This document shows positions 47,055-56,264 of a DNA stretch of 64,000 bases, one piece after another (the first letter of the stretch is position 1; every line of letters begins with the position of its first letter). The notes below the pieces were generated by a model. The model had not been told where the DNA came from and searched no databases. It worked only from the letters and a program-made list of their open reading frames with translations. The DNA comes from Verrucomicrobiales bacterium. GTDB lineage: Bacteria; Verrucomicrobiota; Verrucomicrobiia; Verrucomicrobiales; DEV007. Made by a program: the position numbers and the translations under genes. Where the stretch lies: assembly GCA_002698785.1 (NCBI GenBank), contig PAAG01000002.1:22601-86600 (forward strand). The letters are read 5' to 3'.

Positions 47055-47748
47055 CAGCCGGTATCCAGTCTGGAGGATAAAGCTTCACAATCTCACCGAC
47101 GATTCTCGGCTGATATTGGGACATCGAGCACGCATAGCGAACGGTATCTGCCAGCGGAACGTCCTTGAGGCGTAGCGATATGGAAGGATCGGTTCCTCCC
47201 GGGCTCGGCATGATGACAAAATTGACGCCACGCTGAAGAGGATTCGGATCAGTGTCCAGCTCACGGGAACGTGAGCGAAGGTAATCGATCGCCTCAGAGA
47301 ATTTCACATCGGAAAATTCAACATTCGAAAGTTGAATGGAACCCAGTTTACCCAAAACCGAATTCGACGCTCGATTCGCAGGGATACTTCGAGCAGATTT
47401 CTCTCGCGGCACCAATGTGACCGCATAAGCATCCGATTCGATGCTCATGTCTGCCATCTCCGCAATCAAACCGAGGGCGACGCCAATGGTGACATTCTGG
47501 AGATTCAAAGAGATCGGAGGCGTATCCTCCGGAATCGTACGGACGATGATATTGAATCCTTTTTTTCCTGAGTCTTGCTCTGCTGTATCCAGTTCCACAC
47601 TCTTCACCCGGATAAATTCGACCGCATCTTCGAAGGAAATCTCGGAAAATTCGATCGAAGGAATTCGATACCCTAGTTTTCCCTGTCCAAAACAACTACA
47701 TGAAAGAAATGCTGAACCACACACAAAAAGAGATATCCACCGACTCAT
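47029..47748 (-). CDS. Hypothetical secreted protein with two STN-like repeats
   Basis: Signal peptide. Duplicated module (SIEFSEISFEDAVEFIRVKSVELD...ISLNLQNVTIGVALGLIAEMA and SNVEFSDVKFSEAIDYLRSRSRELD...ISLRLKDVPLADTVRYACSMS). Confidence 0.6.
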   Translation of the reverse strand: MSRWISLFVCGSAFLSCSCFGQGKLGYRIPSIEFSEISFEDAVEFIRVKSVELDTAEQDSGKKGFNIIVRTIPEDTPPISLNLQNVTIGVALGLIAEMADMSIESDAYAVTLVPREKSARSIPANRASNSVLGKLGSIQLSNVEFSDVKFSEAIDYLRSRSRELDTDPNPLQRGVNFVIMPSPGGTDPSISLRLKDVPLADTVRYACSMSQYQPRIVGEIVKLYPPDWIPAATQPAGSR

Positions 47749-47753
47749 CGCGC

Positions 47754-48674
47754 CTACCAGAATATCTCAATCTCCATCCAATCGGAACCTAAAAATGTTT
47801 TACCTAGTTTTGATTCGTCTCGAAGCTCAACCTTTGCCGTAAAGTCATTTTCAGCGGAAGGCTGCTCGATAATTTCTGCCCATCCTCTTCCATTCGCCAC
47901 GCTCACTTTGAGCTTTGCTGCGGGTTCTTCCGCCGGAATGCCGAGTCCTGCATTAAACGGACTGGTGACGTCCCCCTTCCACACAGGCATCCATTCGATC
48001 TCGTCATTGATGAAGGTAGCGAAATCTCCCTGGTGCTGTCCTACCGGGGCACCCTTTCCTTCCGCATGATCATACCAGAGAAGATTTCCCTGAAGAAACA
48101 GGTGAGACATACTATCTACTTGCATCTTCATCGTCACGCTTCCGTTCTTTTCGTCAGGCGACAGTTGCTGTTCTTCGATCTCATCGATGACATTCTTCAC
48201 CACCAAGGCTTCATCTAATCTCCCCTCCTGCGTCAGGGTAAGTTTCACATTACTCAGCTTTCGAAGGAAGAGTTCCTTGTTCGCTCGAATTTCTGGAGCC
48301 AGTCTCGCCTCCAGTCTTTCTCGTGCTTTTTCATAGATCCTTCGAGACTCAACCAACTGAGGCGGTTCTTCCGCTATGTGCATGAAAGGCGGTTTGCCGG
48401 TAACTTGAATTGTATCGCTTTCTTTTGATACTACGAGCACCCCATCGAGATCACCTTCTTTTTGAAACTCCAGTTTTAGATCTGAAAGCCGGTTCAAATA
48501 GTGAAGATTAAGTTCTTCAATCGGCTTCTCTATTTCCGCCTCCAACACCTCATACTCAAACAGCAGGTCAGCAGCTTCCTTCGGCAGAGCAACGCCTGGC
48601 ACTTCGTCCTGTGATAAACAAAAGGGGACAGGACTCGTAGCAAAGAAAATAAAGATCACCAGCAGGTGCTTCAT
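47754..48674 (-). CDS. Hypothetical secreted protein (helical repeat + C-terminal beta domain)
   Basis: Signal peptide MKHLLVIFIFFATSPVPFCLS. Repeated L..L..LK..FQKEGDLDGVLVV and KL.LTQEGRLDEALVV motifs. The ATG overlaps the upstream stop (ATGA). Confidence 0.6.
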   Translation of the reverse strand: MKHLLVIFIFFATSPVPFCLSQDEVPGVALPKEAADLLFEYEVLEAEIEKPIEELNLHYLNRLSDLKLEFQKEGDLDGVLVVSKESDTIQVTGKPPFMHIAEEPPQLVESRRIYEKARERLEARLAPEIRANKELFLRKLSNVKLTLTQEGRLDEALVVKNVIDEIEEQQLSPDEKNGSVTMKMQVDSMSHLFLQGNLLWYDHAEGKGAPVGQHQGDFATFINDEIEWMPVWKGDVTSPFNAGLGIPAEEPAAKLKVSVANGRGWAEIIEQPSAENDFTAKVELRDESKLGKTFLGSDWMEIEIFW

Positions 48675-49114
48675 GCGGGAACGTTCGGCCCCTGACTCTT
48701 CGCTGACAAGCCAAAACGCCGAACCATTACAAACAGGAAAACTCCCCACACTACCAGACCGATGTTCTCGGCAATTTTCACGGGATAGTTGATCTCGCCC
48801 GTCCCGCCAAAGCATCCACAGGAAATATCCAGTCCCCTCGCCCAGGCAATTGCTATGGCACCCGTGAAAACCACAACGCTTCCCGTCAGTAACAAAGAGC
48901 TACCTGATGCGAAGCGGTCCCACATGATTCCTATACCGGCAAAAAGCTCTACCCACGGGATAAACAAAGCCAGCGCGGGCGCAATCGGATCGCCTACCAG
49001 ATCGAAGTTCCGAACTGCCTCCGCGAAGAGAATTGGATCTTTCAACTTGGCGACACCAGACCAGATAAAGAGAGCACCGAATAAGATGCGAAGTATGAGC
49101 AGAAAAACTTTCAT
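48671..49114 (-). CDS. MauE/DoxX-family membrane protein
   Basis: Four TM helices. FGALFIWSGVAKL and the CGCFG motif are typical of MauE-type proteins. Confidence 0.7.
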   Translation of the reverse strand: MKVFLLILRILFGALFIWSGVAKLKDPILFAEAVRNFDLVGDPIAPALALFIPWVELFAGIGIMWDRFASGSSLLLTGSVVVFTGAIAIAWARGLDISCGCFGGTGEINYPVKIAENIGLVVWGVFLFVMVRRFGLSAKSQGPNVPA

Positions 49115-50424
49115 TTCGCCTTTTCCCTACGATACGCTGCCGCCAGAAGGGATACAGGGTGAGAAACCGGCTTTTCTGCGCCAATTCCATTTTGAATCTG
49201 AAGATGACACCCCGGATTCGCCGTCGCAACTCGATCGGCTCCTGTTCGCTGAATGGACTCGACCTTTTCCACCTGCAGTTTTCCTGCCTGTTCCGGCTGG
49301 GTAATATTGTAGACTCCAGCGCTACCGCAGCAGTGGGTAGCATTTTCCAGTTCCACTAGCTTCAAGCCTGGAATCGAACAAAGCACCTCGCGTGGCTGTT
49401 TGGAAATCCCCTGCCCATGACACAAGTGACAGGCTTCGTGGTAAGTGATTGTCTCTTCCTCTTCTGGCTGCCCATCCGGTTTCCGAAAGCCTATCTCCAC
49501 TAGCCATTCTGAAATGTCTTTTGCGAGACGATCCCATTTCTTCGCTTTCTCAGAATACTCCTCATCGTCGGCGAGTATTCCCCCGAAGTGCTTCAAATGC
49601 GAACCACATCCTGCTGCATTAGTGATAACCGCATCGAGCGAATCGAGATCAAAAGTATCGATCAGGTGACGAGCCTGCACCTTTGCCTGTTCCAGATCAC
49701 CGTTGTGGGCATGCAACGACCCACAGCACCCTTGAGAGCGAGGCGTGACCACTTCACAGCCGTTCTCCAGAAGAACATCCACAGTGTCCCGATTCACATC
49801 GGAAAAAACCAGGTCCTGAACACATCCCGTCAGCATCCCAACCTTGTATCTGGTGGAACCTCCGCTCTCGTTTTCCTCGATCAGATCGTCAGAAAACTTC
49901 GATCGTACGGTCGGCGTCGTAGGCTCCAGCTCTCGCAAGTTCTTCGGCAGAATTTTCAGAATTCCACTCGCTCTCACCAACCGACAAAGGCCGCTGGCCT
50001 GATACAGCCACAGCAGTTTTCCAACTACCCGGAGCTTTGCCTGGCTGGCGAAAAGCTGCCGTAGGGTCAGCCAACGCCAGAATCTTCGCTCCGGCTGAAA
50101 CAAAACGTCCTGATGCTCTACCTCCGCACGAGCATACTCGAAGAGCTTCGGATAGTTCACCCCGGCAGGACATGCTGTTGTGCAGGCCAGGCAACCGAGA
50201 CAATAGTACATTTCATCCCCGAATTCCTTCGTCACCTCCAAGTCGCCGTCGGCAATGGACCGCATCAGGGCGATGCGCCCGCGAGGGCTGTTCCGTTCGC
50301 GTTTTGTTTCCAGATAGGTGGGACAACTCGGAAGACACATTCCGCAATGCATACACTGCTGGACCACAGAGTAATCGAGATCCGCCATGTATTTGAGAGT
50401 GGTGAGTTTGTTTTCAGCCATCAC
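49111..50424 (-). CDS. GlcF-like (Fe-S)-binding subunit with CCG domains
   Basis: Two 4Fe-4S motifs (CMHCGMCLPSCPTY, CLGCLACTTACPAGV) and CCG motifs (GCCGSLH, HCCGSAG). Confidence 0.85.
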   Translation of the reverse strand: MMAENKLTTLKYMADLDYSVVQQCMHCGMCLPSCPTYLETKRERNSPRGRIALMRSIADGDLEVTKEFGDEMYYCLGCLACTTACPAGVNYPKLFEYARAEVEHQDVLFQPERRFWRWLTLRQLFASQAKLRVVGKLLWLYQASGLCRLVRASGILKILPKNLRELEPTTPTVRSKFSDDLIEENESGGSTRYKVGMLTGCVQDLVFSDVNRDTVDVLLENGCEVVTPRSQGCCGSLHAHNGDLEQAKVQARHLIDTFDLDSLDAVITNAAGCGSHLKHFGGILADDEEYSEKAKKWDRLAKDISEWLVEIGFRKPDGQPEEEETITYHEACHLCHGQGISKQPREVLCSIPGLKLVELENATHCCGSAGVYNITQPEQAGKLQVEKVESIQRTGADRVATANPGCHLQIQNGIGAEKPVSHPVSLLAAAYRREKAK

Positions 50425-51842
50425 TCGCTCTCCCCGTCCAGTTCAAAGATCTTTCCAGGATTCAACAACCCGGCCGGATCAATGGCGCTTTTCACCTGTC
50501 GCAACAGCGGATAGCTCGCATCCGAAAACTGCCGCGGCAAAAACGGCTTTTTCGCCAGCCCTACCCCATGTTCTCCCGTGATCGTTCCCTCCAGCTCGAT
50601 CGTCTTGTCGAATATATCCGAGAGAGCCATCTCGACCCGCTCCATCTCTTCATGATCCGTTTCGTCCGTGAGAATGGTAGGGTGCACGTTGCCGTCGCCA
50701 AAATGCCCAAAGGTCGCGATATCGAGATTGTGCTTCTTTGCGACTTCTTCCACATACTCCACGATTTCCACCAATCGACTTCGCGGAACGGTGACATCCT
50801 CAAGGATCGTCGTGGGTCGAATTCTCGCCAGAGCCGAAAAGGCAGACCGCCTTGCCGTGGCCAAACGCGTAGCATGCGCCTCGTCCGTCGCCTGCTCCAC
50901 TGATATCGCCCCTTTCTCCTTGGCAATTTCAGCCATGGCTTCGGCTTCCTCTTCCACCACGGCAGGGTGCCCATCCGTCTCCATCAACACGACAGCTTCC
51001 GCTTCCGTAGGAAGTCCCACCTGAGCGTAGTCTTCAACACAGGCGCAGGTCTTTTTGTCGAGGAACTCCAAAGTGCACGGGATGATCTTGTTCTCGATGA
51101 TGGCAGATACAGTCCCAGCCGCCGCACTCATCGAATCAAAAGAAGCCAGCAAAGTCCTCCTGGCTTTTGGGCGTGGTACCAGCTTCAGCAGCACCTTAGT
51201 GATGATCCCGAGTGTCCCCTCAGATCCCACGAACAAATCTTTCAGCGAATACCCGGCGACGTCTTTCACACACTTCGACCCCAGCCAGGCGACTTCCCCA
51301 TTTGGCAGAACCACTTCCAGCCCCATGACATAGTCTCTCGTCACTCCGTATTTCAAGCCCCGCAGCCCACCGGAATTATTCGCTACGTTTCCACCAATGG
51401 TGGAAATCTTCATCGATCCCGGATCTGGAGGATAAAACAAACCGTGCGGCGCAGCAGCATCATCAATCGCTTTCGTGATCACTCCACATTCACACAGCAT
51501 CGTAAGATTGGCCGGATCGACCTCGATGATCTGATTTAGATTCACCAGGCAAAGCACGATTCCCCCTTCCACAGGAATACTGCCTCCGGAAAGCCCCGTT
51601 CCTGATCCGCGGGTGACTACCGGGATATTCCGACTGGCAGCAAATGCTACCACTCCTGCCACCGCCTTGGATGAAGTAGGAAGCACCACGCAGATCGCTT
51701 TCTGCTTCATAGCAGCAGTTCCGTCGAATCCGTAAGGGATCAAATCCTCGGGAGCGGTGAGCACATTTTCTTCGCCAGCCAACTCTGCCAATTCCTTATG
51801 CAGAGGGCTTCCGGGGGTAAAATCGTTGCGATTAAGGGTCAT
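50421..51842 (-). CDS. GlcD-like FAD-linked 2-hydroxyacid oxidase/dehydrogenase subunit
   Basis: FAD PCMH domain (VVTRGSGTGLSGGSIP) and C-terminus GEHGVGLAKKPFL...LLNPGKIF. Confidence 0.88.
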   Translation of the reverse strand: MTLNRNDFTPGSPLHKELAELAGEENVLTAPEDLIPYGFDGTAAMKQKAICVVLPTSSKAVAGVVAFAASRNIPVVTRGSGTGLSGGSIPVEGGIVLCLVNLNQIIEVDPANLTMLCECGVITKAIDDAAAPHGLFYPPDPGSMKISTIGGNVANNSGGLRGLKYGVTRDYVMGLEVVLPNGEVAWLGSKCVKDVAGYSLKDLFVGSEGTLGIITKVLLKLVPRPKARRTLLASFDSMSAAAGTVSAIIENKIIPCTLEFLDKKTCACVEDYAQVGLPTEAEAVVLMETDGHPAVVEEEAEAMAEIAKEKGAISVEQATDEAHATRLATARRSAFSALARIRPTTILEDVTVPRSRLVEIVEYVEEVAKKHNLDIATFGHFGDGNVHPTILTDETDHEEMERVEMALSDIFDKTIELEGTITGEHGVGLAKKPFLPRQFSDASYPLLRQVKSAIDPAGLLNPGKIFELDGESE

Positions 51843-51895
51843 TAGCCTGCGAAAGAGGATTGAAATAAGAGCGAGTCACCGAAAGAGCACAAGCG

Positions 51896-51909
51896 TTTTG
51901 TATACAAAA
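51896..51909. promoter_or_regulatory. Perfect 14-bp palindrome in divergent promoter region (operator candidate)
   Basis: TTTTGTATACAAAA lies between the glcD-like operon (-) and the PSD1-type gene (+). The GT-N-AC core is reminiscent of GntR-family operators. Confidence 0.3.
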
Positions 51910-51975
51910 TGATCATCGCCGCTGCTCCCCCGTATGCGCTATCGAATCTTGGCATTATCCAAGCTACTCTGAAGT

Positions 51976-54750
51976 GTGGTGGCAAATCGTTCCAGCACAG
52001 GTTCCGGCTTTCCCGCTAGTCTGGCGGTAGGGATTCTCGGCGTCATCTTACTGGCTCCGCTCCATTCATCCGCGAAAGAATCTCTTCCCGCCGAACAGGT
52101 AGAATTCTTCGAAGACAAAATCCGCCCACTTCTCGTGGAGCATTGCTACGAATGCCACGACTCTCAGAACGGGAAAATGAAGGGCGGACTCGCCCTCAAT
52201 CACCCCGGAGGAATTCTCGCCGGTGGAGACACCGGCCCGTCTCTCGTCGCAGGCGATCCAGAGAAGAGCCTGATTGTTGAAGCGGTCCGATACAAGAACC
52301 GCGACCTCCAGATGCCACCCAAGACTCCCCTCCCTGAGTCTGCTGTGAAAGATCTCGAAAAGTGGGTGCAAATGGGTGCACCAGATCCCCGCCCAGAAAT
52401 CGAAGATCACGCCAAGCCATTAGAAGGCATGTCCGCAGAGGAAGGAAGGAAATTCTGGTCATTCCGAGCGCCCCAAGCGCCAGAGCTCCCTGACTCTATC
52501 GAAGAAGAGGCCGATGTGATCGACCATTTCGTCTCCAAGAAGCTAAACGAATCAGACATTACAGCCGCCCCACAAGCTGATCGCGAAACCTGGATGCGCC
52601 GCGTGACGTTTGATCTGACAGGCCTTCCGCCCACACCCGAAGAAATCGATCAGTTCCTCGCCGATGAATCTCCAAAGGCGCACGAAAAAGTTGTCGACCG
52701 GCTTCTTGCTTCCCCCGATTACGGAGTGCGCTGGGGTCGGCATTGGCTAGACGTTGCCCGTTATGCCGACTCAAACGGACTCGACGAAAATCTCACGTTC
52801 GGCAATGCATGGAAGTATCGTGACTACGTCATCAATGCGTTCAACGAGGACAAGCCTTACGATCGTTTCCTCATCGAACAACTCGCTGGCGACCTGATCC
52901 CGGCTCCATCAACAGACGAAATCGTAGCCACCGGTTTCCTGGCACTCGGCGCACGAGTTCTCGCCGAAAAGGACATGGAGAAACTCGAGATGGACGTTAT
53001 CGACGAACAGCTCGATACCACAGGAAAAGCCTTCCTTGGACTGACGCTGGGGTGCGCCCGCTGTCACGACCACAAGTTCGATCCAGTCAGCCAGGCGGAC
53101 TATTACTCCATGGCGGCAATCTTCCGCAACTCAGTCAATTTCGCCGAGTCGAGCACTGGGGCAATACACCACTGGTACGAACACGACCTTGCCAGCAAGA
53201 AAGAGAAAGAAGAATTCAAAGAGATCGACAACGAAATCAAGGAGGCTAAGAAGGCCGCCTCTTCATACAAGAGCAAGATCGAGATCCGCATGCGCGGAGA
53301 AGCCCGCGCTCTCGCTGTCGACTACCTCACCGCCTGTTTTGATTTTGAAACGCAGGACACATTGGAAACCGTTCGCGCCATCGCAAAACCTCTCGGCCTA
53401 CACCCTCGCATTCTATTTCATTGCCGACGCCATCTCGAAGTGAACAAAGACACCGACGTGTTCTCCCATTGGTGGAAGTATCGCGCCGCAAACGATCGCG
53501 AAGGAGCGCGGAAATTCTACGAAGACAAATTCATGCGTTCGACGCTCGCCTTTGAAGAGCAAAAGAAGGCCGATCCGAAGAAGAAGGAATTGGAAGATCC
53601 TGAGCTCGCTCCATACCACGCCGCCTTGTTTGAGAAGACAGGGTTCCTCGCTGTTCCGGCAAAGTCTGCGCACGCGTTCACCGCATCCGAGCTCGCCGAG
53701 TACGATCGCCTTCAGGAAGAAGCCAGACTCCTCGAAAGCAATGCTCCCGACTACCCTGCGGCCATGGGAATCGCCGATAGGGAGGAAATCAAGAACACCC
53801 TCCCCATTCATATCCGCGGGAATCACCTAAACTTGGGTGATCACGTGCCACGAGCCGTCCCAGCCGTTTTTCACGAAAAAGAGGTCTCATTCCCGGAGAA
53901 AACCAGCGGTCGTCTGGAGCTAGCTAAATGGATGGCTTCTGCGGAACATCCCCTCACCCCTCGCGTGCTAGTCAATCGAGTCTGGGGATGGCACTTTGGA
54001 ACGGGCCTCGTGTCTACTACGGAGAATTTCGGAGTGCTGGGCGATTCTCCGAGTCACCCCGAATTGCTCGATTGGCTATCCTCTTGGTTTGTTGAAAACG
54101 GCTGGAGTATCAAGAAGTTAAACCGCCTTATTGTACTATCCGAGACCTACCAAAGATCCAGCCACCCGACATCTCCGGATATCGCATCTACAGATCCCGA
54201 CAACCGTCTGCTGTCTCACTTTCCCATTCAACGCCTCAGCGCAGAAGCGATCCGTGATTCTATCCTCGTCGTTTCCAATCGCCTCGATTCCGAACAGGGC
54301 GGAAAAACAGTCCCTCTCAGAAATCGGCAGATGGTCTTCAATCACACCTCTAAAGATCACACGACCTACGAGTCACTTCGCCGCACCGCGTACCTTCCAG
54401 TCATCAGGAACCACGTCTACGACTGGCTGCATATCTACGATTATCCCGATCCGACGATGCCTACGGGCAACCGGCCCACTACCGTAGTCGCTCCACAGGC
54501 ACTTCTGATGCTCAATTCTCCACTCTCGATCGAAAGCGCAGCGGCCTTTTCCTCCCGAATTCGGAGAGAAGCTGACGGAACTACCGACAGAATTCAGCTC
54601 GCCTGGCGTCTTGCGTACGGGCGAGAACCAAACAGGGATGAAATGGAAAGCGCGCTCTCCTTCATCAATCAGTCTCCGGAAGAAACGGAGCACTGGGACC
54701 TTTTCTGCCAGACGCTATTTGCATCCAACGAATTCATTTATCTCCGGTGA
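51976..54750 (+). CDS. PSCyt1/DUF1549/DUF1553 (PSD1-type) protein, second copy
   Basis: [35 protein letters not shown] and [18 protein letters not shown] motifs, with a GTG start. Paralogue of 12260-15133. Confidence 0.88.
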   Translation: MVANRSSTGSGFPASLAVGILGVILLAPLHSSAKESLPAEQVEFFEDKIRPLLVEHCYECHDSQNGKMKGGLALNHPGGILAGGDTGPSLVAGDPEKSLIVEAVRYKNRDLQMPPKTPLPESAVKDLEKWVQMGAPDPRPEIEDHAKPLEGMSAEEGRKFWSFRAPQAPELPDSIEEEADVIDHFVSKKLNESDITAAPQADRETWMRRVTFDLTGLPPTPEEIDQFLADESPKAHEKVVDRLLASPDYGVRWGRHWLDVARYADSNGLDENLTFGNAWKYRDYVINAFNEDKPYDRFLIEQLAGDLIPAPSTDEIVATGFLALGARVLAEKDMEKLEMDVIDEQLDTTGKAFLGLTLGCARCHDHKFDPVSQADYYSMAAIFRNSVNFAESSTGAIHHWYEHDLASKKEKEEFKEIDNEIKEAKKAASSYKSKIEIRMRGEARALAVDYLTACFDFETQDTLETVRAIAKPLGLHPRILFHCRRHLEVNKDTDVFSHWWKYRAANDREGARKFYEDKFMRSTLAFEEQKKADPKKKELEDPELAPYHAALFEKTGFLAVPAKSAHAFTASELAEYDRLQEEARLLESNAPDYPAAMGIADREEIKNTLPIHIRGNHLNLGDHVPRAVPAVFHEKEVSFPEKTSGRLELAKWMASAEHPLTPRVLVNRVWGWHFGTGLVSTTENFGVLGDSPSHPELLDWLSSWFVENGWSIKKLNRLIVLSETYQRSSHPTSPDIASTDPDNRLLSHFPIQRLSAEAIRDSILVVSNRLDSEQGGKTVPLRNRQMVFNHTSKDHTTYESLRRTAYLPVIRNHVYDWLHIYDYPDPTMPTGNRPTTVVAPQALLMLNSPLSIESAAAFSSRIRREADGTTDRIQLAWRLAYGREPNRDEMESALSFINQSPEETEHWDLFCQTLFASNEFIYLR

Positions 54751-56129
54751 ATCCCGTCCTACATCGTCGTCACTTGCTCGGATCCGCTGCACTGGGATTC
54801 GGCCAACTTGCGTTTCATTCCCTGCTCAATTCGGAAAAATCACAAGCTGCTGAGCCGAACTTCGGCCCCAGGGCAAAACGTGTGATCTTCCTTTTCATGA
54901 AGGGAGGGCCATCGCATATCGATACATTCGACCCAAAGCCACTCCTCGATCGCGATCATGGCAAGCCGCCACCATTCGAGCTGCCAAGAGTGACGTTCGC
55001 CAAACAGGGTAATCTGCTGAAATCGCCCTGGAAATTCCGCCAGTATGGCGAGAGCGGCCTTCCCGTGAGTGATCTGTTTCCCAATGTCGCCCAATGCGTT
55101 GATGATCTTTGTATTCTTCGAGGTGTCCACGGAACAAATCCCGCCCACGGGGGTGCTGTCCTGAAGCTCCACACAGGCAGCGACACCTTTGTTCGTCCCA
55201 GCCTTGGGGCATGGGTCGTCTACGGTCTCGGGTCGGAAAACAACAATCTCCCCTCCTTCGTTACTATTTGCCCAACACTTGCACACGGCGGAGTGAACAA
55301 CTGGGGCTCCGCATTTCTCCCCCAGCGATGCCAGGGCACACCGATGGGAACGGCCAGCACACCGTCCAAATCAGCCCAGATCAAATTCATTTCCCACCCG
55401 AGTCTCTCCCAAGCGGATCAAAGAGGCCAACTCGATTTCCTCAAGCAATTGAATGGAAATATGGCCGAGACCAATCCCCACGTGGAAGCCTTGAATGCGC
55501 GCCTGGAATCTTACGAACTGGCCTACCGAATGCAGACCGCTATGCCCGATGCGCAGGATCTTTCCGGCGAGTCTGCCACTACGATGAAAATGTATGGGGT
55601 AGATGACCCTGTGACCGAAGATTTTGGTCGCCAGTGTCTTCTTGCTCGCCGTTTTTGCGAACGAGGTGTCCGTTTCGTCCAGGTCACCCACAGCGACACA
55701 GAGGTTCAGTGGGATCAACACTCCAATTTGTACCAAGGGCACACCAAAAACGCAGCTGAAGTCGACAAACCGATCGCAGGACTTCTCAAAGATTTGAAAT
55801 CGCGGGGAATGCTTGAAGATACTTTGGTCGTCTGGGGGGGCGAATTTGGCCGCACTCCAACCGCTCAGGGAACAAATGGTCGCGACCACAATCCCCACGG
55901 CTTCACCGTCTGGATGGCTGGAGGTGGAGTAAAAGGAGGAATGGCTTACGGCGCAACGGATGACTACGGTTATTACGCTGCCAGAGACAAAATGCATGTT
56001 CACGATCTGCACGCCACTATTTTGCACCTCCTGGGCCTCAATCATGAGAAACTGACCTACCGCTACGCCGGCCGGGATTTCCGTCTCACCGACGTGCATG
56101 GACAAGTGGCGACTTCGATTCTTGCTTGA
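54747..56129 (+). CDS. DUF1501 domain protein, second copy
   Basis: The GTGA overlaps the upstream gene. HRRHLLGSAALGFG Tat-like signal; [28 protein letters not shown] and GRDHNPHGFTVWMAGGG motifs. Confidence 0.9.
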   Translation: MNPVLHRRHLLGSAALGFGQLAFHSLLNSEKSQAAEPNFGPRAKRVIFLFMKGGPSHIDTFDPKPLLDRDHGKPPPFELPRVTFAKQGNLLKSPWKFRQYGESGLPVSDLFPNVAQCVDDLCILRGVHGTNPAHGGAVLKLHTGSDTFVRPSLGAWVVYGLGSENNNLPSFVTICPTLAHGGVNNWGSAFLPQRCQGTPMGTASTPSKSAQIKFISHPSLSQADQRGQLDFLKQLNGNMAETNPHVEALNARLESYELAYRMQTAMPDAQDLSGESATTMKMYGVDDPVTEDFGRQCLLARRFCERGVRFVQVTHSDTEVQWDQHSNLYQGHTKNAAEVDKPIAGLLKDLKSRGMLEDTLVVWGGEFGRTPTAQGTNGRDHNPHGFTVWMAGGGVKGGMAYGATDDYGYYAARDKMHVHDLHATILHLLGLNHEKLTYRYAGRDFRLTDVHGQVATSILA

Positions 56130-56264
56130 TTAAAGCTAAGGCGTTACCGATCACTCTCTGCCCGCGTAATCAGGAGTAACAGATTCTCATTGAGTCACAA
56201 AAACGGCGTGGTTCATGCTCTGTTTGCGAAATCCAAAACGTGGGCTATATCTCCCACCCGAACT

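Noticed and set aside
48676-48688. An additional GAACGTTCGGC-type motif (GGGAACGTTCGGCC) as another boundary repeat
   Set aside because: It lies inside the coding 3' end of the MauE-like gene, at an ATGA gene junction. It has none of the flanking repeat homology and is probably coincidental.
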